Positions 51,040 to 64,000 of a stretch of 64,000 nucleotides of DNA are shown piece after piece. Source of the DNA: Waterburya sp. (GTDB taxonomy: Bacteria > Cyanobacteriota > Cyanobacteriia > Cyanobacteriales > Xenococcaceae); assembly GCA_965217895.1 (NCBI GenBank), contig CBDCJV010000002.1, positions 256,001 to 320,000 of the forward strand. The letters are read 5' to 3'. Numbering within the stretch: position 1 is the first letter of the stretch; each line of letters begins with the position of its first letter. The notes beneath the pieces are model-generated. The model worked only from the letters and a program-made list of their open reading frames with translations, was not told the DNA's origin and made no database searches. The position numbers were made by a program, and so were the translations under genes.

Positions 51040-51075
51040 AAGGTCTGTGGAAATGCCAACGTTTCCACAGACTTT
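51040..51075 (+). promoter_or_regulatory. intercistronic stem-loop after subunit c gene
   Basis: aaggtctgtggaaatg/cgtttccacagacttt. Confidence 0.6.
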
Positions 51076-51105
51076 GATTGTTCAATCCAATTTGTCATAT
51101 AAAAA

Positions 51106-51537
51106 ATGTTTGATTTTGATGCAACTTTACCTTTAATGGCAGTGCAGTTTTTGCTTTTAACAGCACTGTTAAACGTAGTATTTTACAAGCCATTAATGAA
51201 GGTGCTGGATGAACGAGAAGAATATCTTCGTGGTGGCGATACTGGTTCTAAAGAAAAGTTAGCTAAAGCTGAAAGCATAGTCAAAGAATATGAGAAACAG
51301 ATAGCCGATGCGCGCCGAGAATCTCAAAATCTAGTACAAAAAGCCCAAGCTGAAGCGAAAGAAATTACTGCTAGCAAAATAGCAGCGGCACAGCAAGAAG
51401 TTCAGTCCCAAAGAGAAGCAGCAACTCAAGAAATAGAGCAACAAAAAGCGACAGCTTTTGAAACTCTAGAGCAGCAGGTAGATTCTTTGTCTCGTCAAAT
51501 CTTAGAAAAAATACTCGACCCAGAATTAATTAAATAA
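51106..51537 (+). CDS. atpF2: ATP synthase F0 subunit b' (atpG in cyanobacterial nomenclature)
   Basis: [14 protein letters not shown]. Confidence 0.93.
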   Translation: MFDFDATLPLMAVQFLLLTALLNVVFYKPLMKVLDEREEYLRGGDTGSKEKLAKAESIVKEYEKQIADARRESQNLVQKAQAEAKEITASKIAAAQQEVQSQREAATQEIEQQKATAFETLEQQVDSLSRQILEKILDPELIK

Positions 51538-51591
51538 AAATGATTAATAGCTGGCATAAATGAAAAAAATAACAAAACTCAAGATCTGGGT

Positions 51592-52131
51592 ATGATAGAG
51601 ACTTTATTATTTCTAGCAGAAGCGCACTCAGAGGTTGAAGGCGGTTTTGGTTTAAATTTAAACATTTTTGAAACAAACCTAATCAACCTCCTACTTTTAG
51701 TAGGAATACTAATTTATTTTGGTAAACCCTTACTAACCAAAATTTTGAGCGAAAGACGTTCAAAAATTGCCGAGCAAATCAAGGCAGTTGAGCAGAAACA
51801 AAAGCAAGCTGAAGTAACTTTAGCTCAAGAACAGAAGAAGCTAGAATCAGCTAAAGAAACAGCAGCTACAATTCGCTCCCAAGCCCAAGCTAATGCTCAA
51901 AAAGCCAGAGAAACTATCTTGGCTCAAGGAGAAAAAGAGGTCGAACGCCTCAAAGAAGCGGCAGGTAAAGATCTAAGCTCCGAACAGGAAAGAGCGATCG
52001 CTCAATTAAGAGAGCGTGTTGTCGCTTTAGCTCTAGAAAGTGCCAAATCCCGTGCGGGGGATGCGCTAAGAAATGAAGCCGAAGCACAACGCAAGCTAAT
52101 CGATAGCAGCATCGCTAAATTAGGAGGTTAA
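51592..52131 (+). CDS. atpF: ATP synthase F0 subunit b
   Basis: [15 protein letters not shown]. Confidence 0.95.
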   Translation: MIETLLFLAEAHSEVEGGFGLNLNIFETNLINLLLLVGILIYFGKPLLTKILSERRSKIAEQIKAVEQKQKQAEVTLAQEQKKLESAKETAATIRSQAQANAQKARETILAQGEKEVERLKEAAGKDLSSEQERAIAQLRERVVALALESAKSRAGDALRNEAEAQRKLIDSSIAKLGG

Positions 52132-52136
52132 TAATC

Positions 52137-52688
52137 ATGAGTGGAACTTTAATTAATAGCGAAGTTGGCGAACCCTATGCTCAGGCATTGATGTCTTTAG
52201 CACAGCAAAACGACTTAACCAACCAGTTTGGCGACACCTTTCGTTCTCTAAGTTCTCTTCTATCAGAGTCGAGAGAATTTAAAGACTTTGTTCTTAATCC
52301 AGTAGTAAAAGGAGAAGACAAAAAAGCAGTACTAAAGCAAGTATTGGGTAACGACGCAAATCCTTACTTGGTAAATTTTATGATGCTGCTGGTTGACAAA
52401 AGACGAATTGTCTTTCTAGAACCGATTGTGGAGCAATACCTCAGCTTATTACGTAAGTTAAATCAGACCGTTTTAGCCGAAGTTGCTTCTGCCACCGAAC
52501 TGAATGAAGAACAAAAGCAAAACGTAATTGGGAAAGTAAAGTCGCTCACTGAAGCTCATGATGTAGAGCTAAAAACTAGCGTTGACCCCGATTTAATTGG
52601 GGGAGTCATCATTAAAGTTGGCTCAAAAGTAATTGATGCCAGCATTAGTGGTCAACTCCGTCGTATTAGCATCAGCTTAAATCAATAA
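52137..52688 (+). CDS. atpH: ATP synthase F1 subunit delta
   Basis: [26 protein letters not shown]. Confidence 0.96.
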   Translation: MSGTLINSEVGEPYAQALMSLAQQNDLTNQFGDTFRSLSSLLSESREFKDFVLNPVVKGEDKKAVLKQVLGNDANPYLVNFMMLLVDKRRIVFLEPIVEQYLSLLRKLNQTVLAEVASATELNEEQKQNVIGKVKSLTEAHDVELKTSVDPDLIGGVIIKVGSKVIDASISGQLRRISISLNQ

Positions 52689-52752
52689 ACCACAAACTAG
52701 GCGCAGGATCTTAGAGTGATTGCGTCTTTAGACTGAGATAAACTAAAACTAA

Positions 52753-54288
<1,536 letters not shown>

Positions 54289-54339
54289 TTAGCGATCTGG
54301 GACAGGGAATCAGCGATAGGGGGTTGTAGCAAAGGTAAG

Positions 54340-54500
54340 AGTAAGTAACAAATAATATTTACCTATTACCTATTACAAAAAGTTGGTAGTTCGTAGTGAG
54401 TAGTAAGTAGTTTGAAAAGACTACAAACGACAAACTAACAACTACTAACTAGTTATTACCTATTACTTTTTCCTCATCCCTCATCCTCCATCCTTCATCC
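54340..54500. repeat. STRR-rich intergenic insert (heptamer repeats)
   Basis: ttaccta, gtagttc/ctacaaa and tcatccc units. Confidence 0.6.
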
Positions 54501-54509
54501 TTTAAAATC

Positions 54510-55451
54510 ATGGCTAATTTAAAAGCGATTCGCGATCGCATCGCGTCGGTAAAAAATACGAAAAAAATCACAGAGGCAATGCGTCTGGTTGCTGCTGCTA
54601 AGGTTCGTCGCGCCCAGGAACAGGTAAACTCTACTCGTCCTTTCGCCGATAGTTTGGCACAGGTTCTTTACAATATTCAGAATAAACTTCAGTTTGAAGA
54701 TGTCGATCTACCTCTCTTGGAGCAAAGAGAAATCAAAAAAGTTGCTCTTTTGGTAGTCAGTGGCGATCGCGGTTTGTGCGGTGGCTATAACACAAACGTA
54801 ATTCGTAGAGCCGAGATCAGAGCTAAAGAACTTGAAGCACAGGGCGTTGAATATACCTATGTTTTGATTGGACGCAAAGCCAAGCAACATTTTCAAAGAC
54901 GTAATGCTCCGACTGAAAAAACCTTTATTGGTTTAGAGCAGATTCCTACCGCTCCTGAAGCAGCAGAAATTGGAGATGAATTGCTGTCTCTTTTCTTAGC
55001 TGAAGAAGTAGACAAAGTAGAGCTTATTTATACCAAGTTTGTATCTCTAATTGCTTCTAAGCCTGTGATTCAAACTTTACTCCCTTTGACAACTAAAGGA
55101 TTAGCAGTAAAAGATGATGAAGTTTTCCGTTTAACAACCAAAGGTGGAGCATTTGGCGTAGAAAGAGAAAGCGTAACTTCAAAAGTTGATGAATATCCTC
55201 AAGATACAATTTTTGAGCAAGATCCAGTGCAAATATTGGATGCTTTGCTTCCTTTGTATCTCAATAACCAAATTTTGCGTTCTTTACAAGAAGCAGCAGC
55301 TAGCGAACTTGCAGCCAGAATGACTGCCATGAACAACGCTAGCGAAAATGCCAGCGAATTAATGGATAATTTAACCTTGTCCTACAACAAAGCAAGACAG
55401 GCAGCAATTACCCAAGAACTTTCTGAAGTGGTTGCAGGTGCAAATGCTTAG
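54510..55451 (+). CDS. atpG: ATP synthase F1 subunit gamma (atpC in cyanobacterial nomenclature)
   Basis: [33 protein letters not shown]. Confidence 0.98.
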   Translation: MANLKAIRDRIASVKNTKKITEAMRLVAAAKVRRAQEQVNSTRPFADSLAQVLYNIQNKLQFEDVDLPLLEQREIKKVALLVVSGDRGLCGGYNTNVIRRAEIRAKELEAQGVEYTYVLIGRKAKQHFQRRNAPTEKTFIGLEQIPTAPEAAEIGDELLSLFLAEEVDKVELIYTKFVSLIASKPVIQTLLPLTTKGLAVKDDEVFRLTTKGGAFGVERESVTSKVDEYPQDTIFEQDPVQILDALLPLYLNNQILRSLQEAAASELAARMTAMNNASENASELMDNLTLSYNKARQAAITQELSEVVAGANA

Positions 55452-55510
55452 TAATTCTCTAGCTATTAGCTCTTAGCTTAATTGTGATTCGTCTTTTATT
55501 ATATTTATTC

Positions 55511-55538
55511 AACGTCTAGGTTAACCTGGGCGTTTTTT
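55511..55538 (+). terminator. intrinsic terminator of atp operon
   Basis: aacgtctagg ttaa cctgggcgtt tttt. Confidence 0.7.
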
Positions 55539-55949
55539 AATTGTTTTTGGATAAAGGAAAATTTGCTAAAAAATGGAATATCTTTTACTTCTGAGTCTTA
55601 TCTAGATAGTGGGGATATCAAGGAAGCTTATCAGAGGCGATCGCCAGAGCCTGATGTAGATATTAAAGTCTTGAATTATTGCTACAAATTTCTTTCCAAA
55701 AGCGATCCAAATCACATACCAGCATAAAAACACAAGATATATCAGATATATAAACAAACAAATGAGAAAAAACAATGTATAGTAAACTTCAGCAATTCAG
55801 ACACTTTGCAAGACATTCTAAAATTAACAAAAGCTGGAAAGCTAATTTAATCGTCGGAGTTTCTTTTTACTTGTTTGCTGCCATTTGTATGACAAATTGG
55901 CACTTGAGCGAGATAGGGATAAGAAACGGAGGGGTTGAAGTTAAGCTAG

Positions 55950-56160
55950 GCGATCGCTTTGACCAAATAGATAGAAAACTAGAGAATCAAATCAATGAGA
56001 TCAAAATAGAGATAGTCAAAGTAGAATCTAAATTAGGTTAAGAGATAGCCAGAATTAAAGTTGATGTTAATTGGGTCAAATGGCTGTTTGGGGGACTACT
56101 CAGTGTAGTTTTAATTTTGTTGAGCATAATTACTTTACTATTTCCTGAATGTGCGATCGC
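55950..56160 (+). pseudogene. HIP1-bounded partial duplicate of the 56195 gene
   Basis: Near-identical to 56237-56558, with a CAA>TAA stop, fewer repeats and an internal deletion. Confidence 0.8.
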
Positions 56161-56194
56161 CTAGATTTAAAACCAAAACCGCTACAATATTTTT

Positions 56195-56515
56195 ATGGCT
56201 ATTGAAAAAGAGACAGAAATTGAGAGATTGATAGTTGCTCGCTTTGACCAAATAGATAGAAAAATAGAGAATCAAATCAATGAGATTAAAATAGAGATAG
56301 TCAAAGTAGAATCTAAATTGGGTCAAGAGATAAACAAAGTAGAATCTAAATTAGGTCAAGAGATAACTAAAGTAGAATCCAAACTAGGTCAAGAAATAGC
56401 AGGAATTAAAGTTGATGTCAATTGGATTAAATGGTTGTTTGGGGGATTACTCAGTGCAATTTTAATTTTGTTGAGCATTATCATTACTATTCTTTTTAAG
56501 CTAGTCAATCCTTAA
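56195..56515 (+). CDS. membrane-anchored coiled-coil protein with 11-aa repeats (Bdr/DUF1640-like)
   Basis: EIxKVESKLGQ x3 (33-bp repeats), C-terminal IKWLFG + TM. Confidence 0.8.
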   Translation: MAIEKETEIERLIVARFDQIDRKIENQINEIKIEIVKVESKLGQEINKVESKLGQEITKVESKLGQEIAGIKVDVNWIKWLFGGLLSAILILLSIIITILFKLVNP

Positions 56516-56579
56516 TTTTGAGCATAATTGCTTTACTATTTCCTGAGTAGGCGATCGCCTGGTATGAGTGATCCGATCT

Positions 56580-57452
56580 CTAAACGCTACTTGGTGAAGA
56601 CCTCACTACAAGATATTGCAAATAGGATTCAAGGTCAGACAGTGCGGGAAAATCATGCTTTAACTGAGCAAAATCTGCTGTATAGCCTACTTTCTCAAAC
56701 CAGCGAAACATAATTGTCACTTCTTCGCCTGCTTGCTCCTCGAAGGCTTCAAATGGAATTTGTTGATACTCGACTTTTTTGCCTAAAACGTGGCTAAATG
56801 CTGTCGCAACCTCTGGCATAGTCATCTCGACGCTGGCAACTTCGATCGCACGATTGGCAAAATCTACGGGACGCTCGAACACCTCGGCAACCATCATGCC
56901 ATAATCTTCTTCGGACAGTTGCTGCAACTTAGTATCAGGGCTGAGGGGCTGGGGTAATGTGCCATTTTCAACCATTGGCAGCATCCCTTTATAGTTGTAA
57001 AAGAAAAACACTGGACGCAAGATAATGTGAGGCAAACCGAGTGAGCGGATATATTCTTCGACTTGAAACTTGCTATCGAAATGGGGAATCTCCGTGTTAC
57101 GTTCTGCACTTCCTACCGAACTGTAGACAAAATGCTCTATGCCAGCTTCTGAGGCTGCATCGGCAACCGCCTTGCCCTGACGGATTTCGACTTCCGCGCC
57201 ATCGCGAAAATCCTGCATCGAAAAGATGCCGTAAACGCCCTGCATAGCCCGATCTAGTGACGCGCGATCGTTGAAGTCGGCTTTAATAAGTTCTGCACCT
57301 AGTTCTTTGAGCGCGATCGCAGCAGGTTTACTTTCATTACGAACCATTGCTCGCACCTTGAATTTACCACGTTGTAAAAGATGACGGGCGATCGATCCAC
57401 CCTGGTTGCCAGTTGCACCAGTTACTAAAATTGTTCGATTTAAATTTTCCAT
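56580..57452 (-). CDS. NmrA/HSCARG family protein
   Basis: TGATGNQGG, HFVYSSV, PHFDSK, LRPVFF. Confidence 0.9.
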   Translation of the reverse strand: MENLNRTILVTGATGNQGGSIARHLLQRGKFKVRAMVRNESKPAAIALKELGAELIKADFNDRASLDRAMQGVYGIFSMQDFRDGAEVEIRQGKAVADAASEAGIEHFVYSSVGSAERNTEIPHFDSKFQVEEYIRSLGLPHIILRPVFFFYNYKGMLPMVENGTLPQPLSPDTKLQQLSEEDYGMMVAEVFERPVDFANRAIEVASVEMTMPEVATAFSHVLGKKVEYQQIPFEAFEEQAGEEVTIMFRWFEKVGYTADFAQLKHDFPALSDLESYLQYLVVRSSPSSV

Positions 57453-57734
57453 GATAATTTTTGCTAACTATTTACTTACAATGAATTTAAATCAAACAGA
57501 TAGAGCGTCGCTTCCGTATTCTTGCTTCAAGTTGCCAAATCTTGCACTGTGCGAGCGAAAGATATGTCTGCAAAGAGATAGTCAATTAAAGAGTCTTGAT
57601 TAAATTCTTGAGGCTGCTCTATCTGGGCAATTATTGGTTGTTGCGATCGCCCTTACTCATATTAGTTCTATTGACCACAAAATCTGTAAAATCTAGAGCA
57701 GTAAATTTAGTAGCGCGTTCTAAATACTGTTTAA

Positions 57735-58919
57735 CTAATTTACCATTTTACGTCTAAATTCAACGTCATCATATTTTAGGTCTTCTAAGTCAATCTCTTG
57801 GTTTCCAACTAAGTACTTTTCAAAAAAACAAGAGTGATAATTAGTAATAATTTCGCGAAATTCATATTTTTCTCTTTTTCCTATTTGATTAATTATATTT
57901 ACTTGTCTTGATATAAACAGTCCATCGGAATAACCTAAATGTTGCGTATCATCTAGAGTCACTATATATGCGTCTTTAGTGTTATATATGTAGGTCGTTC
58001 GGGAAATATTTTTGATTAAATGAGTCCCCATAAGCATGAAGGGTTTATTAATATCTTTATATAAAAAGTCTCCACAACTTCCTCCATCAATATTTATTCT
58101 GGCCACGAATCTATCACTATTTAGACAAGCTTGAGCAGCAGTTGCACCTCCATAGGAATGACCTGTTATTCCAATACCTAGATCGAGCTTTAACCTATTT
58201 TCAAAAATAGATTCTATTTCACCTTTATTTAAAGCGGATAACTGTTCGGCAACAAAGACAGAATCTTCTACCCATATTTTGACATTCTTATTCAAATCTT
58301 CAGCAATTTCTCTATAAATATAATCTGCTATTTTCATCGCTTTAATATCTGAATAATATTCTTTAGTAGACGCTTTCAACATTTTTACAAAATATTGAAA
58401 AGAAATGCCAGATTTTACACTTTGTTGAGCAGTTTTATTCATTATAATAACGCTGCCGTCCAAGTATTTTATCCCTAAAGACTCGTAGGGATGACCAACA
58501 GAAACAACTATGTATCCTAAACTAGCTAAATCGGAGCATAGTACCGTACTCTGCATCATATAACCACCATATCCGTGATTAAAAATAATAACTGGATAGT
58601 TATTTTTACTGCCTGAAATTGGTGTATTTTGATAACAATTAGTCTTGACTTTAGCGACACTTTTTGAGATGAGTCCGAATGTCATTTTACTCAAAGCCTC
58701 TAATAATTCTGGAGAGGAATAAGGTGCGCTATCTTTACCGCGATCGCTCTCTGCTGGATAAAAGATAGTTACAGGAATCTTTCTAAATGCGTTATCTTCT
58801 TCAAATTGAAACACCTTGGTTCGACTTTTATCAGTAAAATCCAACTGTGTGATTCCAACAACATATTTACCGACTGGTTTTGGTAGTTCTGTTAAATTTA
58901 CCCACAAATTCCCCAACAT
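57735..58919 (-). CDS. PAF-acetylhydrolase-like alpha/beta hydrolase
   Basis: LPKPVGKY.VG, IFNHG, LAS.GYIV, GHSYGG, NIDG. Confidence 0.85.
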   Translation of the reverse strand: MLGNLWVNLTELPKPVGKYVVGITQLDFTDKSRTKVFQFEEDNAFRKIPVTIFYPAESDRGKDSAPYSSPELLEALSKMTFGLISKSVAKVKTNCYQNTPISGSKNNYPVIIFNHGYGGYMMQSTVLCSDLASLGYIVVSVGHPYESLGIKYLDGSVIIMNKTAQQSVKSGISFQYFVKMLKASTKEYYSDIKAMKIADYIYREIAEDLNKNVKIWVEDSVFVAEQLSALNKGEIESIFENRLKLDLGIGITGHSYGGATAAQACLNSDRFVARINIDGGSCGDFLYKDINKPFMLMGTHLIKNISRTTYIYNTKDAYIVTLDDTQHLGYSDGLFISRQVNIINQIGKREKYEFREIITNYHSCFFEKYLVGNQEIDLEDLKYDDVEFRRKMVN

Positions 58920-59249
58920 AATGGTTTCCTCTTTTCTAATTACATTAAAAAGTATTCGTACCCAAAGTATGTCAAGTTAAATTTAGGACTGTTCATCACC
59001 AGCCTTAATTACTTCTGCTTCTATATCTCGATTATGAGCTTGAAGAATTTTCGCCACCTTAGCTAAAATAATAAGTCAGGCATTTCCTCCTTCTCAAAGC
59101 GTTGCAGAAATATAAAATATTGTAATCGGTGGATTGCAGAAAATGGATGTTCTAACTACTGCAAAGATCCAATCGAGCAACCATTAAAGTTTCCTATAAT
59201 AGAATATTAAGTCGCTTTCAAATAGGGTTTAGCTTAAAAAGATCCTAAA

Positions 59250-60092
59250 TTAATTGAGAAACTTAGGTCTAGCTTCGTTATTTTTCTGGAGTATCTGTTC
59301 TAAATCGCCCCAATTTTCGGACTCAATCAAAGTAGTAATCTGCTCTAAATTATCTCGGTAATTATAAAGCGATCGCAATAACTCAGTTCGATTGTATTTT
59401 GCCATCATTACCCCTAATTCTGGATTTCCAGCACCAACACGACTAGTATCTCGAAAGCCTGAACTAGCTAGAGTTTGTGACAATTCTAAAGTGTCTGGTG
59501 GTTCTTGTAGACAAGCCTGTATTAAACTTGCACTAATCATCACGGGTAAGTGAGAAATATAGCTAACGGCGCGATCGTGTACTTGAGCATCGCAAATATA
59601 GGGAACAGCATTTAAATCTAGGGCGATCGCTTTTAATTTGGCTATATTTTCACGCTTAGTCTGTTCCGTAGGCGTAAATACATAGGCTGCACCTGTGAAC
59701 AAATTTGCCTGTGCTGCCTCAATACCGCTTTCGGCTGTTCCTGCCATGGGGTGTCCACCAATAAAGTTTGACCACAGCTGGCTACAGGTTTCGACTACAG
59801 GATATTTGACAGAGCCTACGTCAGTAATGATAGTATCAGGATAAAGATGGGGGATTATTTGCTTAATGGTAGATGCGATCGCCGAAATGGGAGTACAGAC
59901 AATTACTAGCTCTAAATCTTGCAGCAAATCAAATTTGGTACTAGCTCGATCCACAACGCCTTTAGTGATGGCAGTCTTACAGGTAGTTTCTTGACGGGAA
60001 ATGCCTGTGATCTGGTGTCCTTGCGATCGCAAATCGATGCCTAAAGAACCACCGATTAAACCCAAGCCCACAATACCAATTTTCATTATCAA
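59250..60092 (-). CDS. tyrA: prephenate/arogenate dehydrogenase
   Basis: GLGLIGGS, TDVGSVK, GGHPMAG, HD.AV..ISHLP, GFRDTSRV. Confidence 0.93.
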   Translation of the reverse strand: MIMKIGIVGLGLIGGSLGIDLRSQGHQITGISRQETTCKTAITKGVVDRASTKFDLLQDLELVIVCTPISAIASTIKQIIPHLYPDTIITDVGSVKYPVVETCSQLWSNFIGGHPMAGTAESGIEAAQANLFTGAAYVFTPTEQTKRENIAKLKAIALDLNAVPYICDAQVHDRAVSYISHLPVMISASLIQACLQEPPDTLELSQTLASSGFRDTSRVGAGNPELGVMMAKYNRTELLRSLYNYRDNLEQITTLIESENWGDLEQILQKNNEARPKFLN

Positions 60093-60173
60093 TTTTATTG
60101 CTCAAAGGAATAGGATACAAAACTGGGGATCGTTTTAGGATAGCAGCTAGAATTGGCTTTTGAAGAAAATTTA

Positions 60174-60349
60174 TAGCCTGTAGCCTGTAGCCTGTAGGGT
60201 GGGCAAAGTAATGATACCAGCAAATTAGCGTTTCAAAAACAGCTTATTGCCCACCAAATTAGACCATCATCTATCTTGGTGCAGTTGCAGTGGTAGGCAT
60301 TACAATGTTAATCTTTTTGTTCTACATATCTTTCCAATGCCTACCCTAC
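60174..60349. repeat. TAGCCTG heptamers followed by two REP-like inverted pairs
   Basis: GTAGGGTGGGCAA/TTGCCCACC and GGTAGGCATT/AATGCCTACCCTAC. Confidence 0.65.
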
Positions 60350-60849
60350 GTTTTGCTGGAAGCGCGAGAGCGATCTGTTTAATCGATCGCACTATAGACA
60401 AACCTAATTTCTGATAGAAATAAATACTTAACAAAAGTTTTTGTTATCGAGACGTTATTAACCATCAATTCAATTGTCAGAACATATATCCTGCAATTGT
60501 TTGGTAGATTTTATATCTTGAGAAAAAGCTAGAAATATATCTAATAATTACTAAGACAAGTTAAAGATTGCTAGACAAAAATGGGGATCGTTTTAGGATC
60601 GTAACCAGAAACAAATAATAAGGAGTAGTTTTATTGTCAAGATACTTTAAGCAAAGTAAAGACATATCTATATAAAAATGTTTCCTTAACATAATCGTTA
60701 AAGCCTTAAGTTTTAGTGAAATAAAATCTATAAAGTTTTCTTTTCCCTTCAAAATATATAGCTACAAATTGTTGAAATTAGCATCTAATCATTGCTAATC
60801 TTAATTTTCTAGTTCTTATATTTACCATCAACATTATTTAGGAGAATCT

Positions 60850-62439
60850 ATGACCGCAACTGTCGATAGGCAAACACAGGATAGCAATCAGCCACAAGGT
60901 AAGCAAGCTCCTCGTAAAATTGGCATACCAAAAGAAATATATAACAATGAATGCCGTGTCGCAGCTACACCTAATACAGTTAAAAAGCTACAAAAACTAG
61001 GCTTTGAAATTTTAGTAGAAAGTAATGCAGGGGCAGCAGCTAATTTTACAGATCGAGCCTATCAAGAATCAGACTGTACCATTGTCAGTGATGCAGCCTC
61101 TCTTTGGTCAGAAGCGGATATTATCCTCAAGGTTCGCGCCCCTGAAGATTCCGAAATTGAGGTGATGCCTGAAGGTAAAACTATTATCAGCTTTATTTGG
61201 CCCGCACAAAATGAAGAATTATTAAACAAGCTAGCAAATCGCCAAGCAACAGTTTTGGCGATGGATGCAGTGCCTAGAATTAGTCGCGCCCAAAAGATGG
61301 ATGCTCTATCTTCGATGGCGAATATTGCTGGCTATCGGGCAGTTATTGAGGCTGCTAATAACTTTGGTCGTTTCTTTACAGGTCAAATTACTGCTGCGGG
61401 TAAAGTTCCTCCTGCAAAAGTGATGGTAATTGGTGCTGGAGTAGCAGGTCTAGCAGCCATCGGCGCAGCTAGAAGCCTTGGTGCAATTGTGCGGGCTTTT
61501 GATACTCGTCCTGCGGTGAAAGAACAGGTAGAAAGCCTGGGTGCAGAATTTTTGGAACTTGAGTTTGAAGAAGACGGTAGTGGTGCTGGTGGCTACGCCA
61601 AAACCATGAGTAAAGAGTTTATCGATGCCGAGATGGCTTTATTTAGAGAGCAGGCTAAAGAGATCGATATTATTATTACTACGGCTTTAATTCCAGGCAG
61701 ACCAGCACCTAAACTGATTCTTACTGATATGGTAGAGATGATGAAGGAGGGTTCTGTAGTTGTAGATTTGGCTGCCGAACAAGGCGGTAACTGCGAAGTT
61801 ACCAAACCCAACGAAATCTATAAATATAACGGCGTAACTATTATTGGTTTAACAGACTTACCTAGTCGTATGGCGGCACAGTCTAGTCAGCTATATGGGA
61901 CAAACCTTTGGCACTTACTTAAAGATATGGGTGGGGCAGAAGACTATAAAGTTGACTACGAAGATCAGGTTGTACGGGGTGCATTAATCGTCCACGAAGG
62001 CAAAGTAACTTGGCCCCCTCCAAAAATCGACAACCCTTCGCCTACGCCTCCTGCCAAGGCAAAATCTGTAATTACCCCCGTTGCTCCAAAAGAGAAAAAA
62101 TCTAGCGGGCTTTTATGGGTAATCATCGCTGGTTTAGCTTTACTGGGAATCGGTATTGGTGCGCCTACCTCTTTCTTATCTCACTTTACCGTTTTTGTCT
62201 TAGCTTGCTTTATCGGCTATCAGGTAATTTGGAATGTTTCTCCTGCTTTACATACACCTTTGATGAGTGTAACTAACGCCATTAGCGGAATTATCATTCT
62301 TGGCGGTATGTTACAGATTTCGGGTGAAATAACTTCACCTTCGGTAATTCTAGGCGCGATCGCAATTCTAGTAGGAACAATCAACATCTCTGGTGGCTTC
62401 CTCGTTACTCAACGGATGCTCAAAATGTTCCAGAAATAA
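60850..62439 (+). CDS. pntA: NAD(P) transhydrogenase subunit alpha
   Basis: [34 protein letters not shown]. Confidence 0.97.
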   Translation: MTATVDRQTQDSNQPQGKQAPRKIGIPKEIYNNECRVAATPNTVKKLQKLGFEILVESNAGAAANFTDRAYQESDCTIVSDAASLWSEADIILKVRAPEDSEIEVMPEGKTIISFIWPAQNEELLNKLANRQATVLAMDAVPRISRAQKMDALSSMANIAGYRAVIEAANNFGRFFTGQITAAGKVPPAKVMVIGAGVAGLAAIGAARSLGAIVRAFDTRPAVKEQVESLGAEFLELEFEEDGSGAGGYAKTMSKEFIDAEMALFREQAKEIDIIITTALIPGRPAPKLILTDMVEMMKEGSVVVDLAAEQGGNCEVTKPNEIYKYNGVTIIGLTDLPSRMAAQSSQLYGTNLWHLLKDMGGAEDYKVDYEDQVVRGALIVHEGKVTWPPPKIDNPSPTPPAKAKSVITPVAPKEKKSSGLLWVIIAGLALLGIGIGAPTSFLSHFTVFVLACFIGYQVIWNVSPALHTPLMSVTNAISGIIILGGMLQISGEITSPSVILGAIAILVGTINISGGFLVTQRMLKMFQK

Positions 62440-62461
62440 CCGATACATATTATATACACCC

Positions 62462-62491
62462 TGTAAGGGCGTTTCGCGAAACGCCCCTACA
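62462..62491. repeat. REP palindrome
   Basis: TGTAAGGGCGTTTCG/CGAAACGCCCCTACA. Confidence 0.8.
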
Positions 62492-62514
62492 ATTCATCTT
62501 CACAAAATAAATTC

Positions 62515-63930
62515 ATGACAAATAATCTTGTGGCGGTTGCCTATATTGCAGCCAGTGCCTTATTTATCCTCAGCCTGGGAGGATTATCCAACCAGGAAAC
62601 AGCCCGTCGGGGTAACCTGTTCGGAATTATTGGTATGGCGATCGCTTTTGTCGCTACTGCCCTTAGCGCGCAGGTAAACGGTTACGGAGTTTTGGTTGGT
62701 GCGATCGTTCCTGGGGCTATTATTGGCTCAGTTCTCGCTGCTAGAGTAGCTATGACTTCTATGCCCGAACTTGTAGCTATTCTCCATAGTTTTGTTGGTT
62801 TAGCTGCGGTATTGGTTGGTTTAGCTACTTATCTTCAGCCTGAAAACACTCTAGTTGGTGTAGAAGCTACTATTCACGAACTAGAAATCTATATCGGTAT
62901 CTTTATTGGTGCTGTTACCTTTGCTGGTTCAGTTGTGGCTTTTGGTAAGCTAAACGGTTCTTTTGGTAGCAAGCCTCTTATGTTACCCGCCCGTCACTTA
63001 ATTAACATTGCTTTATTGGTTGGTTCTGTTGTTCTCGGCGTACAGTTTATGCAAACCGCCGATGGCTTACAGCCACTATTAATCATGACTGGATTAGCCT
63101 GTGTACTGGGCTTCCTTCTCGTCATGGGTATCGGTGGTGCAGATATGCCCGTGGTAATCTCCATGCTCAACAGCTATTCAGGCTGGGCTGCTGCTGCTGC
63201 TGGCTTTATGCTTTCCAACGACGTACTGATCGTAACTGGCGCATTAGTAGGTAGTAGTGGGGCAATTCTGAGCTACATTATGTGTGAAGCCATGAATCGT
63301 TCCTTTATCAGCGTTATTCTTGGCGGTTTTGGGGAAGGTTCTGCGGCAGCACCTACAGGTGAAGCTAAACCCATGGGTGAGGCTACTGTTACTAATGTGG
63401 AAGAAGTAGCAGAAATGCTTAACGATGCGAAAAGTGTGGTTATTGTACCTGGTTATGGTATGGCGGTTGCTCAAGCACAACATTCTGTTTCCGACATTAC
63501 TAAAATCCTGCGTAAGCAGGGCAAAGAAGTCCGTTTTGGTATCCACCCCGTAGCAGGAAGAATGCCTGGACACATGAATGTACTCTTAGCAGAAGCTAAT
63601 GTACCCTATGACATCGTATTAGAGATGGACGAGATTAACGATGATTTATCCGATACTGATGTTGTCTTGGTAATTGGCGCAAACGACACCGTTAACCCCA
63701 GCGCATTAGACGATCCTACCAGCCCCATTGCAGGTATGCCAGTAATGGAAGTATGGAAAGCTCAAAACGTAATAGTTATGAAGCGTAGTCTCGGTATTGG
63801 TTATGCAGGAGTAGATAATCCTTTGTTCTACATGGATAATAATCAAATGTTATTCGGTGACGCGAAGGCTAATGTTAGCGCGTTGTTAAATGAGTTATCT
63901 AAGACTGAGAAAGAATTGGTTGCTGCTTAA
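62515..63930 (+). CDS. pntB: NAD(P) transhydrogenase subunit beta
   Basis: [38 protein letters not shown]. Confidence 0.97.
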   Translation: MTNNLVAVAYIAASALFILSLGGLSNQETARRGNLFGIIGMAIAFVATALSAQVNGYGVLVGAIVPGAIIGSVLAARVAMTSMPELVAILHSFVGLAAVLVGLATYLQPENTLVGVEATIHELEIYIGIFIGAVTFAGSVVAFGKLNGSFGSKPLMLPARHLINIALLVGSVVLGVQFMQTADGLQPLLIMTGLACVLGFLLVMGIGGADMPVVISMLNSYSGWAAAAAGFMLSNDVLIVTGALVGSSGAILSYIMCEAMNRSFISVILGGFGEGSAAAPTGEAKPMGEATVTNVEEVAEMLNDAKSVVIVPGYGMAVAQAQHSVSDITKILRKQGKEVRFGIHPVAGRMPGHMNVLLAEANVPYDIVLEMDEINDDLSDTDVVLVIGANDTVNPSALDDPTSPIAGMPVMEVWKAQNVIVMKRSLGIGYAGVDNPLFYMDNNQMLFGDAKANVSALLNELSKTEKELVAA

Positions 63931-63950
63931 TTTGGTTTAAGTTATTTTTG

Positions 63951-63980
63951 ATTCCTCCTAGTTTTTAGGGGGATTTTTTT
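63951..63980 (+). terminator. intrinsic terminator
   Basis: attcctccta...tagggggat + T-run. Confidence 0.65.
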
Positions 63981-64000
63981 GGTCTCGCGCAAAGTCGCAA

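Noticed and set aside
55775..56041. 88-aa ORF as a genuine gene
   Set aside because: It looks chimeric: unrelated sequence fused at HIP1 to the duplicated fragment, ending at a CAA>TAA mutation.

Overview
AT-rich cyanobacterial chromosomal segment. It is dense in HIP1 (GCGATCGC) octamers, and the gene content and repeats suggest a Pleurocapsales-like lineage (inference). About 1-12.2 kb is a general-stress/osmotic cluster: DUF1206, TIGR02587/02588, PRC-barrel/YsnF, a group 2 sigma factor, two stand-alone response regulators, an SDR and three MscS channels. Next come a decayed IS630, ftsH, a GH9 glucanase, a complete group II intron and a C5 DNA methyltransferase. The housekeeping genes include psb28, moaB, map, queG, dnaB (with a LAGLIDADG intein), pyrF/E, hpnA, the atp1-a-c-b'-b-delta-alpha-gamma operon, tyrA and pntAB. 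Foreign-looking single genes and gene debris lie between them. The most unusual observations are: (i) the group II intron sits inside a ~46-nt palindromic micro-element that itself splits a HIP1 site; (ii) a solitary, canonical integron attC site follows a toxin-antitoxin-like cassette remnant; (iii) short diverged gene copies (dnaB, a coiled-coil gene) have breakpoints exactly at HIP1 sites; (iv) two MITE families are present, one sharing ends with the resident IS630; (v) a palindromic TCTATC-N4-GATAGA motif recurs upstream of the stress genes. No CRISPR array, tRNA or rRNA was seen. All family assignments come from motif recognition by eye, not from database searches.
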